DNA of 64,000 bases, from NCBI GenBank assembly GCA_026995935.1, contig JALWNK010000063.1, positions 20,684 to 84,683 on the forward strand. Reading direction: 5' to 3'. The position numbers and the translations under genes are program-made. Positions 59,848-64,000 of the stretch are shown here, piece by piece (the first letter of the stretch is position 1; each line of letters starts with the position of its first letter). Source of the stretch: Deltaproteobacteria bacterium (GTDB taxonomy: Bacteria; Desulfobacterota; Dissulfuribacteria; Dissulfuribacterales; QOAL01). The notes below the pieces were generated by a model that saw nothing but the letters and a program-made list of their open reading frames with translations, made no database searches and was not told the origin of the DNA.

Positions 59848-61170
59848 ATGAAAATCTTGATAGTTCAGCCTACACATTTTGAACGCCCTTATAGCAAGAA
59901 GCTATACAAGTCAAAGGCCAGGGCCCTGATTCCCCTTACGCTTCCCTATCTTGCAGCCCTGGTTCCAGAAGGTCACAGAATCACCCTGGTTGATGAGCAG
60001 ATTGAGGAGCCTGATTTTAAACAGGACTTCGACTGCGTACTCATCACCTCCACCATTCTCACCTCCTTCAGGGCCTATGAGATAGCAGACAGGTTCAGGA
60101 ATAGGGGAATTCCAGTGATAATTGGCGGGCCCCACTGCACATTTTACGGAGAAGAGGTGTTGGAGCATGCAGATGCCATAGTAGTTGGTGAGGGTGAGAC
60201 CCAGGTCCCTAAGATCATAAGGGAACTGGAAGGGGGCGGGCTTGGCCAAAAAATATACAAGGCCCGGGAGCCTTATCATCTAAAGGGCCTACCATTTCCC
60301 AGGTACGATCTCTTGAGTCCAAAGATCTTTCCAAGGTTTCCCACTTACTCTGTTCAGACCACGAGGGGCTGTCCGTACAGGTGCGAGTTTTGCGCAGAAA
60401 GGTACCACCTTGGTGAGAAATACCGCATGCGTCCTGTGGATGAGGTCATTGAGGAGATAAAGCACACCGGCTCCAAACAGATTTTCTTTGCAGACTCCAC
60501 CTTTGCCGGAAACAGGTCCCGCACCATGGAACTCATGGAAAGGCTCATTCCCCTTAAGATTCGCTGGTCAACCCTGTGGAATACCTTCAGGTGCCTTGAC
60601 AAAGAGTTCATGGAACTTGCCAAGACAAGCGGGCTCTTACACATAAATATGGGTGTTGAAAGCATAAAAAAAGATACCCTCAAAAATATGAACAAGAAGA
60701 CCACCCCTGCCGATCGCCTTGAAGAGGTGGTAAGGATATTGAGAAAACTTGGAATAAGCTTTTCTTTTAACCTTATATTTGGATGGGATACTGACAGGTT
60801 GGAGGACTTTGACGCGACCCTTGATTTTCTCATTAAAAACAAGGTGCACGTGGCCTTTTTTAATGTCTTTTCGCCCCATAAGGGAACCAAGATCTATGAC
60901 AGGTACCTCAAGGAGGGAAGACTTATTGATCCCCATAACATGGGGCGCTGGCCTGGAATAATAGCTGAAATATACCCCAAAAATTATTCCCCAAAGGAGC
61001 TTGAACAAAACGTACTGAGGCTTTACAGGGAGTTTTACTCCTGGCCGTCCATGTTGAAGCGCCTGCCGCCTCCTGTCACAAAGGCCTACATTGCCTCCTG
61101 GTTCATGAACATTCAGGAAGGAAGGCTTTACAAGGGTAATACCCACAGGGCAAATTTTGATGGCATTTAA
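59848..61170 (+). CDS. Cobalamin-binding domain radical SAM protein
   Basis: PLTLPYLAA, IGGPH, VGEGE, RGCPYRCEFC, FFAD, GVES; ATG 59848. Confidence 0.9.
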   Translation: MKILIVQPTHFERPYSKKLYKSKARALIPLTLPYLAALVPEGHRITLVDEQIEEPDFKQDFDCVLITSTILTSFRAYEIADRFRNRGIPVIIGGPHCTFYGEEVLEHADAIVVGEGETQVPKIIRELEGGGLGQKIYKAREPYHLKGLPFPRYDLLSPKIFPRFPTYSVQTTRGCPYRCEFCAERYHLGEKYRMRPVDEVIEEIKHTGSKQIFFADSTFAGNRSRTMELMERLIPLKIRWSTLWNTFRCLDKEFMELAKTSGLLHINMGVESIKKDTLKNMNKKTTPADRLEEVVRILRKLGISFSFNLIFGWDTDRLEDFDATLDFLIKNKVHVAFFNVFSPHKGTKIYDRYLKEGRLIDPHNMGRWPGIIAEIYPKNYSPKELEQNVLRLYREFYSWPSMLKRLPPPVTKAYIASWFMNIQEGRLYKGNTHRANFDGI

Positions 61171-61253
61171 CTTTCTTTCCTTGCCTTATTGGAATTGGCT
61201 GTTGTAAAATGATAGTGGCCAGTTATTGAAGGATCAGGAGATGATAGAAATAA

Positions 61254-61550
61254 ATGGGAAAGCTTCTTCCTTTTAGAAAGATAAGTGGGGCTTCAAAGAA
61301 GAGGCCAAGAAGGCTCGAGAAGATAAAAGAGGAACTGCTTTTATACCATGGAATAGACCTGGATAAGCTAATAACCTCAGAGCCTGCCACAACCCTTACA
61401 ATAGATGAATTCGAGATACTAACTGATAAACTGTTGGAGACCATAGACGCCTTTTGTGAGGAACATCCTGCAACCACGGTGCACGACATCCTCTATACCA
61501 TAGAAAACGTCAAGGAGATAATAAAAGACACGGTTGACGAGGTGGACTAG
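61254..61550 (+). CDS. Hypothetical acidic protein
   Basis: 98-aa ORF with AGGAG upstream filling the intergenic gap; no motif recognised. Confidence 0.6.
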   Translation: MGKLLPFRKISGASKKRPRRLEKIKEELLLYHGIDLDKLITSEPATTLTIDEFEILTDKLLETIDAFCEEHPATTVHDILYTIENVKEIIKDTVDEVD

Positions 61551-61566
61551 AGATCACCTTCCCCAC

Positions 61567-61806
61567 CTAAGAAAGAGGTTCCACTTCGATTGTGGAGGCC
61601 TCTTCATGTCTCAGGCTTACGTGGTAACCCTTCACAAGATATTCCACCGGATCTTTTAAAGGCGCGTATTTAATCACCTCTACTTCTGCGCCGGCCACAA
61701 AACCCATCTCTAAAAGTCTTTTCTTAAAGGGGCCAGTGGCGTTTATCCTTATGACAAGGGCCTTTTGGCCTGTTTTGAGGTTATCTAAAGTCATGTTTAA
61801 TCCCAT
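61567..61806 (-). CDS. feoA: FeoA family protein
   Basis: KRLLEMGF..GAEV..APLKDP..SLR..EA. Confidence 0.9.
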   Translation of the reverse strand: MGLNMTLDNLKTGQKALVIRINATGPFKKRLLEMGFVAGAEVEVIKYAPLKDPVEYLVKGYHVSLRHEEASTIEVEPLS

Positions 61807-62001
61807 TCAGAAATTGCACATTTAAGTTACGCTAAAACATAGCATTCATTTTCCCACGGTCAACAAGCTGTAAATGTTGCCCTAATAATCAAAAGGGCCC
61901 GCTACAATTGAAATTGTGAATATATCTGGTAGAAGATTAGTAATTTTTATATCAGGCTTGATAAACCTTTAAAGCCTGCATGTTTTAAAAGGAGAACATA
62001 A

Positions 62002-62385
62002 ATGGCCAAAATTGCAGTAGGCGGATCCAGGAGTATAGAATCCTACGAGCTTGTAAGGTCTGTTCTTGATTGTCTTTTGGTACCAGGGGATGTGGTCCTT
62101 TCTGGTAACGCGCCAGGGGCAGACAGGTTAGGAGAACAATATGCCCAGGAACACGGCCTTGAATACAAGATAATTCCCTCTGAGTGGGAAAAACATGGGC
62201 TTAAGGCCACCATGATGAGAAATGAGGTTCTTTTAAAGGCGGCAGACTGTATAATCTTGTTTTGGGATGGCAAATCCGAGGGCTCCAAGCATATGCTGGA
62301 AATCTCTCGCCGGGCAAAGAAGCTCCTTGCAGAGGTAAGGGAGGATGGTTATTTGCGGCTTAGCCTTAATCCCAGAAGGCTTTAG
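62002..62385 (+). CDS. SLOG superfamily (DUF2493/YspA-like) protein
   Basis: VGGSR, SG.APGAD, MRN, FWDGKSEGSKHM. Confidence 0.8.
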   Translation: MAKIAVGGSRSIESYELVRSVLDCLLVPGDVVLSGNAPGADRLGEQYAQEHGLEYKIIPSEWEKHGLKATMMRNEVLLKAADCIILFWDGKSEGSKHMLEISRRAKKLLAEVREDGYLRLSLNPRRL

Positions 62386-62720
62386 AGGTATTTGCGTGCT
62401 CCTCTTTGCCAAAAAAAACCGCTCACCAATTCTGTGATGGCCCGTTTCTGTTCCTGGCGGATGTCTTGGAACTTGATGCCCAATTGGTATGAAATGCCTT
62501 GCCTTTTGCACCATGCTATTCGTCCGCTGACCTTTACTGGTGGTTTCGTGGGCAATATTATCTTCAACTCCTGGCCCTTTTCAAAGGGCTTGCCGCATTC
62601 CATGCACAGTCCACCAAGGCTTATGTTGATTATGGCGTTTGAGCATACAAAGGAGCCTGAACTAAAGGTCCCCTCAAGCCTTACATTGAATCGTTCATGC
62701 CTTCTTTGATCTTGATTCAT
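62382..62720 (-). CDS. PilZ domain protein
   Basis: RRHER (RxxxR) and NISLGG (D/NxSxxG) c-di-GMP motifs; GIKF. Confidence 0.9.
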   Translation of the reverse strand: MNQDQRRHERFNVRLEGTFSSGSFVCSNAIINISLGGLCMECGKPFEKGQELKIILPTKPPVKVSGRIAWCKRQGISYQLGIKFQDIRQEQKRAITELVSGFFWQRGARKYL

Positions 62721-62756
62721 TTCAAATCCTAATAATTTTAAGGTTAAAATAGGATA

Positions 62757-63503
62757 ATGTCTCTTTCTACTTATCGTCTAAAGGATATTTGCCTTGAATG
62801 TCATGAGCCATGCTGTAGGCATGTCAAGCATATGCCTTACATGGGTGAAAAGGCCCAGGTATTATTCCGGACTTTTCTCTTGGGGGCATTTGCTCTACTT
62901 GGTGAGGAAGAAGGTTGTTCCGGGTTTGTATCCTTTGATATGGAATGGATTATTCCGGCAGAAATAGAGGGTTGTTTGGCCTACACAAAGGATAAGGTCT
63001 GCGCAATATACCATGAAAGGCCGGTCTCCTGCCGTAATTTCCCTGTAATAAACCCAGAGGGTGAGGTTCACGACTTTTGCCCCCAAGGTGAGCAGTTCTC
63101 CCATATTCCATTTTGTAGTCCTGCTTTTGTTAAAAGGGCCCGGAAACTTTCGGAATCCTTATCTGAAGAGTATTTTAGGCATGGGATAAAGGGGCTTTCT
63201 GAGTGGATTTTAGAGGAGCGTTCGGCCAATATACCCCTTTTATATAATGGTTTATGGGTCCTTTTTCTTGTCCTTGCTGGAGCAGACGTTACCAAAGCAA
63301 TAAGTAGGCAGAAAAAACTCCTGACCCAACTCGTGACACAGGGCTGTCATCAGGTAACTGTCTTGATACCAGGTTCTGATTACTGTATTACCGGTGAAAT
63401 TGACGGACTATTGGCAAATCTTGACTACCTTGCTTTTCGCATCGAAAGGGAAGCAATAATCTTTAAGGTGCTAAGTAGAATAAACTCACTTTTATCAGAA
63501 TGA
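62757..63503 (+). CDS. YkgJ family Cys-cluster protein
   Basis: CLECHEPCC ... C..CAIYHERP.SCRNFP...FCP. Confidence 0.75.
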   Translation: MSLSTYRLKDICLECHEPCCRHVKHMPYMGEKAQVLFRTFLLGAFALLGEEEGCSGFVSFDMEWIIPAEIEGCLAYTKDKVCAIYHERPVSCRNFPVINPEGEVHDFCPQGEQFSHIPFCSPAFVKRARKLSESLSEEYFRHGIKGLSEWILEERSANIPLLYNGLWVLFLVLAGADVTKAISRQKKLLTQLVTQGCHQVTVLIPGSDYCITGEIDGLLANLDYLAFRIEREAIIFKVLSRINSLLSE

Positions 63504-63518
63504 AATCGAGTGGCATCT

Positions 63519-63998
63519 CTAGGCCGGCAGTTTTTCAAGGCAGGTTCTCAGCCCTTCCATGGTGAGATCAGGCGCCAGGCAGTCGATTTTTTCTGTAAAT
63601 TTAAAGATCAGTTCCGAAAGCCCACCAGTGGCGACAGTTAAGGGCCTTTTGGGGTACTCCATTAAAAGCTTTGATATGATTCTGTCTGTTAGTCCTGAAA
63701 AGCCATAAAGGATGCCCGCCCTGATGGCCTCTTCTGTATTTTTGCCAAGGGCACTTTCAATATCTGATCCCAGCGCAACCAGAGGTAGTTTGGATGTGCC
63801 AGAAAAAAGCGCCTTCAAAGACAGGATTATTCCAGGAGCTATGGCGCCCCCTAGGTATTCGCCCTCTTCTGAGATGCAGTCAAAGGTTGTAGCTGTACCA
63901 AAGTCCGCTACTATACAGGCCTGTTTGAATTTGCTATATGCCCCAATTGAGTTAACAAGCCTGTCCGTTCCTATTTCATGGGGCCTGGGGTAGTTTAT
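63519..63998 (-). CDS. coaX: Type III pantothenate kinase; 5' part lies beyond the window
   Basis: Frame open to the window edge: IGTDRL, ADFGTATTFD, YLGGAIAPG, GKNT, VATGG, LTMEGL. Confidence 0.93.
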   Translation of the reverse strand: MNYPRPHEIGTDRLVNSIGAYSKFKQACIVADFGTATTFDCISEEGEYLGGAIAPGIILSLKALFSGTSKLPLVALGSDIESALGKNTEEAIRAGILYGFSGLTDRIISKLLMEYPKRPLTVATGGLSELIFKFTEKIDCLAPDLTMEGLRTCLEKLPA

Positions 63999-64000
63999 CT

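Noticed and set aside
62787-62815. CLECH as a heme c site
   Set aside because: It is part of the CxxCxxxCC YkgJ motif in a protein without a signal peptide.

Overview
Core-chromosome window, most consistent with an anaerobic Desulfobacterota-type bacterium (inference from gene orders such as ftsH-folP-cdaA-cdaR-glmM, rpsF-rpsR-DUF2232-rplI-dnaB and pilT-pilU-zinc ribbon, plus multiheme cytochromes). It holds about 60 CDSs, a tRNA-Arg(TCT), an S6:S18 ribosomal leader and several intrinsic terminators. No CRISPR array, integrase or transposase was seen. The main locus (27.5-40.2 kb) is a tight operon in which a cytoplasmic PsrA/PhsA-like molybdo-bisPGD enzyme (no Tat signal, no PsrC) and its 4Fe-4S partner directly precede an 11-subunit complex I (nuoABCDHIJKLMN, no nuoEFG). 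The Mo enzyme apparently replaces the NADH module. nuoB has an in-frame UGA at the first N2-ligating Cys (FGLA-U-CAIEM) followed by a SECIS-like hairpin, so it is probably a selenoprotein. A second likely recoded UGA gives a SlyD-like PPIase a C-terminal GGG-U-A-C. Other notable genes are a greatly enlarged octaheme tetrathionate-reductase-like cytochrome, a DAACS/solute-binding-protein fusion beside a RimK ligase, and an M1-peptidase/ChaN/PDZ fusion. All calls come from motif reading only; no database searches were run.
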